Assembly: GCA_043750895.1 (NCBI GenBank)
Contig: JAYVAS010000194.1
Coordinates: forward strand, 1 to 39,089
Origin: Pseudomonadota bacterium
Lineage (GTDB): Bacteria; Myxococcota_A; UBA796; SXON01
Direction of reading: 5' to 3'
Length of the DNA: 39,089 nucleotides
A program made the translations under genes and the position numbers. Positions 17,120 through 24,948 of the stretch are shown here, one piece after another (the first letter of the stretch is position 1; each line of letters starts with the position of its first letter). The notes under the pieces are model-generated. The model was not told the DNA's origin. It searched no databases and saw only the letters and a list, made by a program, of their open reading frames with translations.

Positions 17120-18349
17120 GTGGCGGAAGAACAAGGCTACGTCGCCATCGCGCGCAAGTGGCGCCCGCTCACCCTGGAGGACATGTCCGGCCAGGCGCAC
17201 GTCACCCGCACGCTGAAGAACGCGATCGGGTCCGGGCGCATCCACCACGCCTTCTTGTTCACCGGTGCCCGCGGCGTCGGCAAGACCACCGCCGCCCGCG
17301 CGTTCGCGCGCGCCCTCCAGTGCATGAAGGGGCCGACCGTCACCCCCTGCGGCGAATGCACGCCCTGTATCGAGACGCTCGCCGGCAACTCGCCTGACGT
17401 CATCGAGATCGACGGCGCCTCCAACAACTCGGTCGAAGACATCCGCGATCTCCGCGACGGCGTCCGCTACGCGCCGCAGATCGCGCGCTTCCGCATCTAC
17501 ATCATCGACGAAGTGCACATGCTCTCGAAGGGGGCCTTCAACGCCCTCCTCAAGACCCTCGAAGAGCCGCCGCCCCACGCGAAGTTCATCTTCGCCACCA
17601 CCGAAGTCAACAAGGTCCCGGAGACCATCCTCTCCCGGGTCCAGCGCTTCGACTTCAAGCGCATCCCGGTGACGGTGGTGGCGGCGCGGCTGCGGCGCAT
17701 CGTGGACGCCGAGGGCATCACCATCTCCGAGGCGGCGCTGCGCATGATCGCGCGCGCCGGCGAAGGCTCGATGCGGGACGCGCAGAGCCTGCTCGACCAG
17801 GTGATCAGCTTCGCCTCGGCGCGGAACCCCAGCGACCAGGAGGTCGCCGACATCCTGGGTCTCGTCGATCGCACCGTGCTCTACGAGATGCTGACCGGCC
17901 TGATGCGCGGCGAAGCCGACCGCTGCTTCGACGCCATCGCGCTGGTCCACGACGAAGGCTACGAGCTGGCCCAGTTCACCACCGAGCTGCTCGAGCTCAT
18001 CCGCAACGCCGCCCTGGTCGCGCTCTCCCCCGCAGCCCGCAAGCACCTCGACGTCCCCGAGGACGAGAAGGACCGCCTCACCGAGCTCGCCGGGGACGTG
18101 CCGGCCGATCAGCTGGCCCGCACCTTCCAGGTCCTGCTCGAGGTGCACGACGAGGTCGCCCGCGCGTCCCGGCCCCGGATGGTCCTGGAGATGGCCGTCG
18201 CCCGGCTCATCGCCGTGCGCGCCGCCCAGCCTATCGGCGGGCTGGTCGAACGCTTGGTCGACCTCGAACGACGCCTTCGCGGCGCCGGCGCGGTCGCAGG
18301 CCGCTCCCGTTCCCGCGAAGGCGGGGATGGGTCGGAGGGCGACAGGTAG
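17120..18349 (+). CDS. dnaX: DNA polymerase III gamma-length product of dnaX (clamp-loader domains I-III)
   Basis: GTG 17120 follows GAGGA plus 4 nt, and earlier track starts lie inside the SRP RNA. Sequence is YVAIARKWRPLTLEDMSGQAHV..., with Walker A GARGVGKTT, a Zn module CMKGPTVTPCGECTPC, Walker B/DEAD-like YIIDEVHML and sensor SRVQRF. It stops at TAG 18347-18349 after 409 aa. Confidence 0.9.
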   Translation: MAEEQGYVAIARKWRPLTLEDMSGQAHVTRTLKNAIGSGRIHHAFLFTGARGVGKTTAARAFARALQCMKGPTVTPCGECTPCIETLAGNSPDVIEIDGASNNSVEDIRDLRDGVRYAPQIARFRIYIIDEVHMLSKGAFNALLKTLEEPPPHAKFIFATTEVNKVPETILSRVQRFDFKRIPVTVVAARLRRIVDAEGITISEAALRMIARAGEGSMRDAQSLLDQVISFASARNPSDQEVADILGLVDRTVLYEMLTGLMRGEADRCFDAIALVHDEGYELAQFTTELLELIRNAALVALSPAARKHLDVPEDEKDRLTELAGDVPADQLARTFQVLLEVHDEVARASRPRMVLEMAVARLIAVRAAQPIGGLVERLVDLERRLRGAGAVAGRSRSREGGDGSEGDR

Positions 18350-18995
18350 AGGGCCCGAGGGTCTCCCGGCGCCACGTCCGCCGGCTTCCGCGCCCCCCGC
18401 GCCCGTCCTCGCCGGCCCGCCGCCCGCGCCGCCCCCCGCAGCTCCTACGGCCACCCCGGTCGCCCCCTCCGCGGTCCCCGTCGCCCCCTCCGCGTTCCGT
18501 CCGCCGGTCGTCGCGTCCGCGCCGCCCCCGGAACCTCCTCCGCCGGAACCTGCCCCGCCGGAACCTGCCCCGCCGAGCCCCCGCCTGGGGTGGCGCGGCG
18601 TCCTCGAGTCCCTCCCCGAGCTGCCGCGGGTCACCGTGGCCGACAACGCCGCCTTCCTCGGCTACGAAGACGGCGCAGTGCGGCTCGTCGCGCGCAGCGA
18701 CTTCAACCGCACCCGGGTCTGGGACGCGCTCAAGCCCATCGACTTCTCCGAGCATTTCGCCGGCTTCCGTCGGCTGGACCTCACGGTCGACGACGCCTCC
18801 GGCCGGACCGGTCGGGAGTCCCATCACCTCGCCGACACCGCGCGCCGCGAAGCGGCCAGACACGCCGCCGAGGCCGCGCCGGCGGTCCGCCGCGTCCTCG
18901 AGGCCTTCGGCGGCAAGCTCGAGCGCATCGAACCCTCGGGCGTCGCGCCGCGGGAGCTCATCCCGGGCGAGCCCGACTCCCCCGACGAGCCCTGA
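18327..18995 (+). CDS. dnaX: tau-specific linker and C-terminal domain of dnaX, in the +1 frame (frameshifted, recoded or split)
   Basis: This frame is open from well upstream of 18243 to 18995. It encodes a Pro/Ala linker (APRPPASAPPAPVLAGPPPAPPPAAP...PEPPPPEPAPPEPAPP) and a folded C-terminal region (WRGVLESLPELPRVTVADNAAFLGYEDGAVRLVARSDF...). ATG 18327 is the first start codon. The true N-terminus depends on how the frames are joined. Confidence 0.7.
   Translation: MGRRATGRGPEGLPAPRPPASAPPAPVLAGPPPAPPPAAPTATPVAPSAVPVAPSAFRPPVVASAPPPEPPPPEPAPPEPAPPSPRLGWRGVLESLPELPRVTVADNAAFLGYEDGAVRLVARSDFNRTRVWDALKPIDFSEHFAGFRRLDLTVDDASGRTGRESHHLADTARREAARHAAEAAPAVRRVLEAFGGKLERIEPSGVAPRELIPGEPDSPDEP
18528..18572 (+). 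repeat. 3 x 15-nt tandem repeat (CCGGAACCTSCYCCG) encoding PEPPP/PEPAP/PEPAP in the tau linker
   Basis: Read directly: ccggaacctcctccg ccggaacctgccccg ccggaacctgccccg. Confidence 0.85.
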
Positions 18996-19037
18996 CCGCG
19001 CGCGCCCGGGATACAGCCGTCGCCACGGAGCACCACG

Positions 19038-19370
19038 ATGAGCAATCCTTTCGACATGATGGGTGGCATGGGCGGCATGGGCGGAATGCTCGGCAACATG
19101 CAGCAGAAGATGGCGAAGATGCAGGAGGACGCCGAGCGGGCCGAAGTGGAGGGCGTAGCCGGTCGGGGGCTCGTCACCGTACGGATGAACGGCGCCCAGG
19201 AGGTCATCTCCGTCAAGATCGATCCGAAGGTGATGGACGACCGCGAGATGGTCGAAGACCTCATCCGCGCCGCGACCAACGACGCCGTGCGCCGCTCGAA
19301 GCAGGTGGTCGGCGAGATGATGGCCGAAATGGCCGCCTCTCTGGGCCTGCCGCCCGGGATGCTCGGCTAA
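19038..19370 (+). CDS. ybaB: YbaB/EbfC family nucleoid-associated protein
   Basis: 110 aa with a Met/Gly-rich N-terminus and QQKMAKMQEDAERAEVEGVAGRGLVTVRMNGAQEVISVKIDPKV...DLIRAATNDA. It holds the conserved position between dnaX and recR. Confidence 0.93.
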   Translation: MSNPFDMMGGMGGMGGMLGNMQQKMAKMQEDAERAEVEGVAGRGLVTVRMNGAQEVISVKIDPKVMDDREMVEDLIRAATNDAVRRSKQVVGEMMAEMAASLGLPPGMLG

Positions 19371-19376
19371 GCCACC

Positions 19377-19964
19377 ATGGCCCAGGACCCCTTTCGCCGA
19401 GCCGTCTCCCAGCTTGCCCGGCTGCCCGGCGTGGGCGAGAAGACGGCGACGCGCTTCGCCTACTGGATCCTGCGGCAACCGCCGGAGGTGGCCGGCGCCA
19501 TCGCCGAGGCCATCACCACCCTTCGGATGAACGTGCGGGAGTGCGCGCGCTGCTGCGACCTCACCGACGTCGAGCTGTGCCGGCGCTGCGCCGATGGTCG
19601 CCGAGACCCGACCCTCATCTGCGTGGTCGAGCGCCCCCAGGACGTCTCCGCGGTCGACGCCGCGGGCGAGTTCCGCGGGACCTACCACGTGCTCCACGGC
19701 GCGCTCTCCCCCCTCGACGGCATCGGTCCCCACGAGCTGCGGCTCCAGGCGCTGCTCGCACGGCTCGCGGGGGTCACCGAGGTCATCCTCGCCACCGACC
19801 CGGACGTCGAGGGGGACGCCACCGCCCTCTACGTCGCCAAGCTGGTCAAGCCGCTCGGCGTCCGCGTGACGCGGCTCGCCCACGGCGTGAGCGTCGGGAC
19901 CGAGATCGAGTTCGCCGACCGCGCCTCGCTGATGCGGGCGCTCGAAGGGCGACGGGAGCTCTAA
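19377..19964 (+). CDS. recR: recombination protein RecR
   Basis: HhH motif LARLPGVGEKTATRFAYWIL, C4 zinc finger CARCCDLTDVELCRRC and a Toprim region VCVVERPQDV...EVILATDPDVEGDATALY. Confidence 0.96.
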   Translation: MAQDPFRRAVSQLARLPGVGEKTATRFAYWILRQPPEVAGAIAEAITTLRMNVRECARCCDLTDVELCRRCADGRRDPTLICVVERPQDVSAVDAAGEFRGTYHVLHGALSPLDGIGPHELRLQALLARLAGVTEVILATDPDVEGDATALYVAKLVKPLGVRVTRLAHGVSVGTEIEFADRASLMRALEGRREL

Positions 19965-19969
19965 GCCCG

Positions 19970-20170
19970 CTACCCCCCGCCCACCGCGCGGATCACCTCG
20001 ATCCGATCCCCCTCGCTCAGCACCCGCTCGGCGTGCCGGGCGCGGGCCACCACCTCGCCGTTGACCGCGGCGGCGACGGCCTCGGGGCGGAAGTCGAAGC
20101 GCAGCACGAGCGCCCGCAGGTCGATGCCGTCGGGCACGTCTCGGGGTTCGCCGTTGACGGTGACGTTCAC
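19970..20170 (-). CDS. thiS: sulfur carrier protein ThiS
   Basis: 66 aa: (M)NVTVNGEPRDVPDGIDLRALV...AVNGEVVARARHAERVLSEGDRIEVIRAVGGG. The beta-grasp pattern and C-terminal GG are present. The GTG start lies 7 nt after the pilT stop. Confidence 0.88.
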   Translation of the reverse strand: MNVTVNGEPRDVPDGIDLRALVLRFDFRPEAVAAAVNGEVVARARHAERVLSEGDRIEVIRAVGGG

Positions 20171-20177
20171 GGCGCGC

Positions 20178-21269
20178 TCACCGCATGCCCTGCCCGAGCG
20201 GAGGACGCCCCGGCGGCATGACGTCGTCGAAGAGCTTGGCGTTGTTGGTCAGCCGGATGGCGTCGTCGCGGGAGATCTTCTTGGCGAGCGCCAGCTCCTT
20301 GGCATGGACCTCCATGAGCTGCTGACCCTCGGCCTTCCCAGCCTGCATCATCGAGGGGATCTGGAAGAGCTTGTTCTCGCGGATCAGGTTCCGGATGGCG
20401 GCGTTGCAGAGCATGATCTCCTGCACCGCCACGCGGCCCGGCTCGTGCGCCCGCTTGAGCAGCGCCTGCGAGACCACCGCCATCAGCGACGTCGACAGCA
20501 TGGTCCGGATCTGGGACTGCTGCTCGTGCGGGAACGCGTCGATGAGGCGGTCCACGGTCTCCGGGGCGGAGTTGGTGTGCAGCGTGCCGAACACGAGGTG
20601 GCCCGTCTCGGCCGCAGAGATCGCGAGCGAGATGGTCTCGAGGTCGCGCAGCTCGCCCACCAGGATGACGTCGGGATCCTCGCGCAAGGCGGACCGCAGC
20701 GCCGCGGCGAAGGACTTGGTGTCGGTCCCCACCTCCCGGTGGTTGATCACACACTTGACGGGCGTGTGCACGAACTCGAGGGGGTCCTCGATGGTGAGGA
20801 TGTGTTCGGAGCGGTTCTTGTTGATGGAGTCGACGATGGCGGCGAGGGTCGTCGACTTGCCGGAGCCGGTGGGGCCGGTGAGCAGCACCAGCCCGCGCTT
20901 GAACGCGGCGATGCGCGAGAAGACCGGCTTGAGGCCCAGCTCCTCCATCGTCAGCACGCGGCTGGGGATCTGGCGCATCACCACCCCGATCCCCCGGGAC
21001 TGGGTGAACACGTTCACGCGGAACCGCGCCAGCCCCTTGAAGGCCATGGCGAAGTCCGTCTCCATGTTGTTCTCGAAGTTCGTCCGGTGTTTCTCCTGCA
21101 TCATCGAGTACGCGAGGCGCTTGGCGTCGTCGTTGGTGAGGACCGGGAGCCGCATCCGGATGATCTCGCCGTCGATCCGGACCGCGGGCACCTCTCCGGC
21201 CCCGAAGTGGATGTCGGACGCCTTGTTCTCGATGGCGTGCTTGAGGAGATCGTGGATGCGGACCGTCAT
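20178..21269 (-). CDS. pilT: type IV pilus twitching-motility ATPase PilT
   Basis: Start trimmed to ATG 21269 (GAGGT plus 6 nt). Sequence is MTVRIHDLLKHAIENKASDIHF..., with Walker A GPTGSGKST, Asp box ILTIEDPLEF, Walker B ILVGELRD, His box GHLVFGTLHTNSA and a PilT-specific AIRNLIRE motif. Confidence 0.95.
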   Translation of the reverse strand: MTVRIHDLLKHAIENKASDIHFGAGEVPAVRIDGEIIRMRLPVLTNDDAKRLAYSMMQEKHRTNFENNMETDFAMAFKGLARFRVNVFTQSRGIGVVMRQIPSRVLTMEELGLKPVFSRIAAFKRGLVLLTGPTGSGKSTTLAAIVDSINKNRSEHILTIEDPLEFVHTPVKCVINHREVGTDTKSFAAALRSALREDPDVILVGELRDLETISLAISAAETGHLVFGTLHTNSAPETVDRLIDAFPHEQQSQIRTMLSTSLMAVVSQALLKRAHEPGRVAVQEIMLCNAAIRNLIRENKLFQIPSMMQAGKAEGQQLMEVHAKELALAKKISRDDAIRLTNNAKLFDDVMPPGRPPLGQGMR

Positions 21270-21327
21270 GCGGATACCTCGGGAGCCGTGGCGACCGGGA
21301 GGAGGATAGCCCATCCGGCGAACTGGA

Positions 21328-21343
21328 GGCGTGTGACAGATGG
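21328..21343 (+). repeat. copy 1 of identical 16-mer GGCGTGTGACAGATGG
   Basis: Exact match to 26927-26942. It lies in the pilT/asnB-like divergent intergenic region and overlaps the ATG at 21340. Confidence 0.9.
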
Positions 21344-23085
21344 GTAGTATCGGCGGGATCGTGGGGGGGGACAGCGCGCCCAGCGACGCAGATCGGGCCG
21401 CGCTCGGGGACGGAACGCCGTTGGCCAGCGAGGACCTCCTGTTCGTGGCGCGGGCGCGCTCGACGATGGCCACCAGCGACGACCTGTACGTCGCGGTCAG
21501 CGGGCACTTCGACCGTACGCCGGCGTCGGGCCAGTCCTCGGCCCAGCTCCTCCTCGACCTCTGGGCCACGCGCGGCCCGGCGGCCCTCGACCAGCTCGAC
21601 GGCGCCTGGGTCGCGGCCATCTACGACCGACGCGCCCGCCGCACCTGGCTCGCCCGGGATCCCTTCGGGATCCGACGGATCTTCTTCGTCCAGAAGGGCC
21701 CCCGGCTCGCCTTCTCCACGCGGCTCCGGCGGCTGCTCGGACTGTCCTGGGTCTCGCGGGAGCTGGCCCGCGAGCACCTCGCCGAGTTCCTGGCGTTCCG
21801 GTACGTACACGCGCCGCGTACGCTGCTCCGTGACGTCCAGCAGCTCCCCCCCGGACACCTCCTCACCTTCGACCGCCAGCGCTTCGCGCTCGAACCCTGG
21901 TTTCGCCTCCGCTACGCCCCCCCCTTCGCCCCGCTTCCCGACGAGACCTCGGCGCTGGTCGAACTGGAGCGGCGTCTGAACCGCGCCGTCGCCGCGCGCG
22001 CCTCCGGGCGGCAGCGGGTCGGGGTGTTCCTCTCGGGGGGGCTGGACTCCTCCGCCATCGCCTTCTACGCGTCGAAGCTCGGTCCCGTCCGCACCTTCAC
22101 CGTGGGTGTCGAAGGCGAGGAGAGCGACGAGACCCCCTACGCGGGACGGGTCGCCACCATCCTGCGCACCGAACACTCGGTGCTCCGGGTGAACCCCACC
22201 AGCTACCTGGACGCGGTGGAGGCGGTGGTGGTCGGCACCGACCAGCCGTTGACCGATCCCGCGGCCGTGCCCCAATACCTGCTGGCCCGAGCGGCCGCGC
22301 CCGACGTCGACGTGCTCCTCGCCGGCGATGGCGGTGACGAGGTGTTCGGCGGCCGGATGGTGGCGGTGATGGGCGGGCAGTTCCGCGTGTCCGAGATGGT
22401 GCGGCGCGTCCCCGGACCGCTCGGGCGCGCGGCGGGCCGCCTCCTCGCATCCCGCCGGCCGGAGCTGGCCGAACGGGGCCAGCCCTTCGGCCTCGCCCGG
22501 TTGGTGGGCGGCTTCCAGGTGTACGACGCGGCGGCGCGGAGCGGGCTGCTGCGAGATCCCGGGTGGGTGCGCCCGGGCATCCGCCGCGCCACGCTCGAGC
22601 CCCTGTACCGTCAGGTCGCGTCGGACCCGATCAACGAGATCCTCCACGTGTACCTCGTGGGCCGGATGACCGAGGACGCCCTGGTCAGGTCCGGCGCGGC
22701 CGCGAACCTCGCCGGGCTCGCGTTGCGGGAGCCCCTGTTGGACCTCGACCTCGTCACCTTCCTGGCCAGCACCTCGGGGTGGTGGAAGGTGCGCACCCGA
22801 CCGGGGGAGACCATCTCCAAGTGGCCCCTCCGCCGCCTGCTGCGCCCGGTCCTGGGGCGCGCCCTGGTCAACCGCCCGAAGCGGGTCCTGCCGGGACCGT
22901 GGACCGGATGGGTGCGGGGTCCCCTCAAGGCGTACGTGGACGAGCGGCTCGCGCTGCTGCGGGAGGACCGGCTCGGGCTGTTCATGCCCGGGGCGCTCGA
23001 CGGCCTCGTGGAGCGGGGGGAGGACCAACGCCTCTGGATGTTGCTGTTCCTCGACGCCTGGTGCCGCACCAACGGCGTCGTCTGA
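21340..23085 (+). CDS. asparagine synthetase (AsnB) family protein lacking the N-terminal Cys nucleophile
   Basis: The synthetase-domain PP-loop is VFLSGGLDSSAIA, and further AsnB-like blocks include WLARDPFGIRRIFF and LLAGDGGDEVFGG. The N-terminus is MGSIGGIVG rather than MCGI. An in-frame TGA 6 nt upstream excludes a longer N-terminus. Confidence 0.88.
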   Translation: MGSIGGIVGGDSAPSDADRAALGDGTPLASEDLLFVARARSTMATSDDLYVAVSGHFDRTPASGQSSAQLLLDLWATRGPAALDQLDGAWVAAIYDRRARRTWLARDPFGIRRIFFVQKGPRLAFSTRLRRLLGLSWVSRELAREHLAEFLAFRYVHAPRTLLRDVQQLPPGHLLTFDRQRFALEPWFRLRYAPPFAPLPDETSALVELERRLNRAVAARASGRQRVGVFLSGGLDSSAIAFYASKLGPVRTFTVGVEGEESDETPYAGRVATILRTEHSVLRVNPTSYLDAVEAVVVGTDQPLTDPAAVPQYLLARAAAPDVDVLLAGDGGDEVFGGRMVAVMGGQFRVSEMVRRVPGPLGRAAGRLLASRRPELAERGQPFGLARLVGGFQVYDAAARSGLLRDPGWVRPGIRRATLEPLYRQVASDPINEILHVYLVGRMTEDALVRSGAAANLAGLALREPLLDLDLVTFLASTSGWWKVRTRPGETISKWPLRRLLRPVLGRALVNRPKRVLPGPWTGWVRGPLKAYVDERLALLREDRLGLFMPGALDGLVERGEDQRLWMLLFLDAWCRTNGVV

Positions 23086-23118
23086 CTCAAGCCCGGGGGC
23101 CCCGGCCCGACACGCACG

Positions 23119-24945
23119 GTGATCCCCGGAAGACCCTTGCCCGTACGCGCCCATTGGATCGTCAGCATCCGGCAGCAGCTGATCATCGTCAACCTGCTCG
23201 TCCTGGCCGTCCTCTGCATGGTCGGCAGCCTTGCGCAGCAGTCCCTGGACGCAACCCGCGTGCACACCGAGGAGGCGCTCGCCCTGTCCGCCGCCGAGGC
23301 GGCGTTCCACGTGGCCGGGAGCCGCGACGACGCCATCCGTGCCGACGTGCTCGACCTGCTCGACGGCACGAGCACGAGTGGGACCGTGCTCGACCGCCAC
23401 ATCCACGAGATGCGAGCGGCCCTGGAGATGTCCGAGGCGTACTGGGAGGAAGCCCGGACGGAAGACCCGTTCCCGCCGGTCGAAGACCTCGTCAACAAGT
23501 ACATCGCCGACGCCGACCACATCGTCCGCCTGGCCGCCACCGATCCGGCCGCCGCCGCCGCCCTGTACCCCGCGTTCGCCGAACGCTACGTCGCCGTCGA
23601 CCGACGTCTCGACGGCGCGATCGCATCGACCTTCCAGCTCAAGATCGCCGAGGCCTCCGAGCGGGCGATCAACGTCGGGCTGTGGAGCGCCACCGCGATC
23701 GCGACGGGCGCCGCCGCCGCGAGCCTCGTCCTCACCCTGCTGCTCTGGGGCGTGGGCCGCACGCTGGTCAACCGCCTGCTCCGACTCTCCGAGGTCACCA
23801 ACCAGATGCGCGCCGGCAAGCTCGCCAGCCGCACCGACGACACCCGCGAGGACGAGTTGGGCGCGCTCGGCCGCAGCTTCAACGCCATGTCGGACAGCCT
23901 CGCGAACATGGTCCACCGACACCAGGCGGTCGCGGCCCGGACCGCCTTCTCCACCCAGTTGGCGAGCGCCCTGGACCTGGCCGACACCCATCGGGAGGCC
24001 ACCGCCGCGCTCACGCGGGCCCTACACGCGATCGTCCCCGAGTACCCCGCCGAGCTCCTCCTCGCGGACTCCTCCCAGGCGAACCTCGAACGCGCTGCCA
24101 CCAACCCCGCGGCCGGCGCCCCGGGCTGCCCGGTGGGCTCCCCGTGGTCGTGCATCGCGGTGCGGCACGCGACCCAGGTGACCGCCGCCGACTCCGAGGC
24201 GCTCGACGCCTGCCCGCGCCTGCGCGGCCGGCCCGGCGGCGCGTGCTCCGCCGTGTGCGTGCCGGTCAACTTCATGGGGCGCGCCCTGGGGGTCATCCAC
24301 GTCACCGGGCCGCTCGGCGAGCCACCCGGCCCCGACACCATCGAACAGCTCACCGTCCTGGCCAGCCAGACCGGCAACCGGATCGGCACGATCGGGGTCC
24401 TCGAGAAGACCCAGCTCCAGTCCACGACCGACGGGCTCACCGGCCTGCTCAACCGCCGCACCGTCGAAGACCGGGCCCACCATCTCGTCCAGACGCGCCA
24501 GAAGTACACCGTGGTCATGGTGGATCTCGACCACTTCAAGAAGATGAACGACACCTACGGGCACGACGCCTGCGACCGCGCCCTGCGCCAGTTCGCACAA
24601 GTGCTCCGCGACTGCGCCCGCCAGGCGGACATCATCGGTCGTTTCGGCGGCGAGGAGTTCATCCTGGTCCTCCCCGGCACGTCCGTGGAGGGAGCGGTCG
24701 TGATGGTCGCCCGCATCCAGACCACCCTCCGGGATCCGAAGTACCTTGGCCAGGGGCCCACCGTCACCGCGAGCTTCGGCGTCGTGGCAGGAGAGATCGC
24801 CGAGACCTTCGACGACGTCGTCCGGCGCGCCGACAACGCCCTCTACCGGGCGAAGCGGAACGGCAGAGATCAGGTCGCGGTCGGGTCGCCCGAGGACGAC
24901 GGGGTGGTTCGGGTCGCCGAACCACCCTACGGCCTCACCGGGTAA
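23119..24945 (+). CDS. membrane-bound diguanylate cyclase (periplasmic helical sensor-HAMP-GAF-like-GGDEF)
   Basis: Two TM segments flank a ~160-aa helical region. The HAMP region is LLRLSEVTNQMRAGKL...DELGALGRSFNAMSDSL. The GGDEF domain has TGLLNRR, VVMVDLDHFKKMNDTYGH, the I-site RQAD and the active site GGEEF. The GTG start is as given in the track. Confidence 0.92.
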   Translation: MIPGRPLPVRAHWIVSIRQQLIIVNLLVLAVLCMVGSLAQQSLDATRVHTEEALALSAAEAAFHVAGSRDDAIRADVLDLLDGTSTSGTVLDRHIHEMRAALEMSEAYWEEARTEDPFPPVEDLVNKYIADADHIVRLAATDPAAAAALYPAFAERYVAVDRRLDGAIASTFQLKIAEASERAINVGLWSATAIATGAAAASLVLTLLLWGVGRTLVNRLLRLSEVTNQMRAGKLASRTDDTREDELGALGRSFNAMSDSLANMVHRHQAVAARTAFSTQLASALDLADTHREATAALTRALHAIVPEYPAELLLADSSQANLERAATNPAAGAPGCPVGSPWSCIAVRHATQVTAADSEALDACPRLRGRPGGACSAVCVPVNFMGRALGVIHVTGPLGEPPGPDTIEQLTVLASQTGNRIGTIGVLEKTQLQSTTDGLTGLLNRRTVEDRAHHLVQTRQKYTVVMVDLDHFKKMNDTYGHDACDRALRQFAQVLRDCARQADIIGRFGGEEFILVLPGTSVEGAVVMVARIQTTLRDPKYLGQGPTVTASFGVVAGEIAETFDDVVRRADNALYRAKRNGRDQVAVGSPEDDGVVRVAEPPYGLTG

Positions 24946-24948
24946 CGC

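Noticed and set aside
21340-23085. Lasso-peptide or other RiPP cluster around the Cys-less AsnB homologue
   Set aside because: No precursor-like small ORF, transglutaminase-type protease or RRE gene is adjacent. The only ABC exporter is 9 kb away in a separate operon.
23090-23112. GC-rich palindrome (CCCGGGGGCCCCGG) after the AsnB-like gene as a terminator
   Set aside because: It has essentially no loop and no T-tract. The next gene starts 34 nt after the stop, so co-transcription is more likely.
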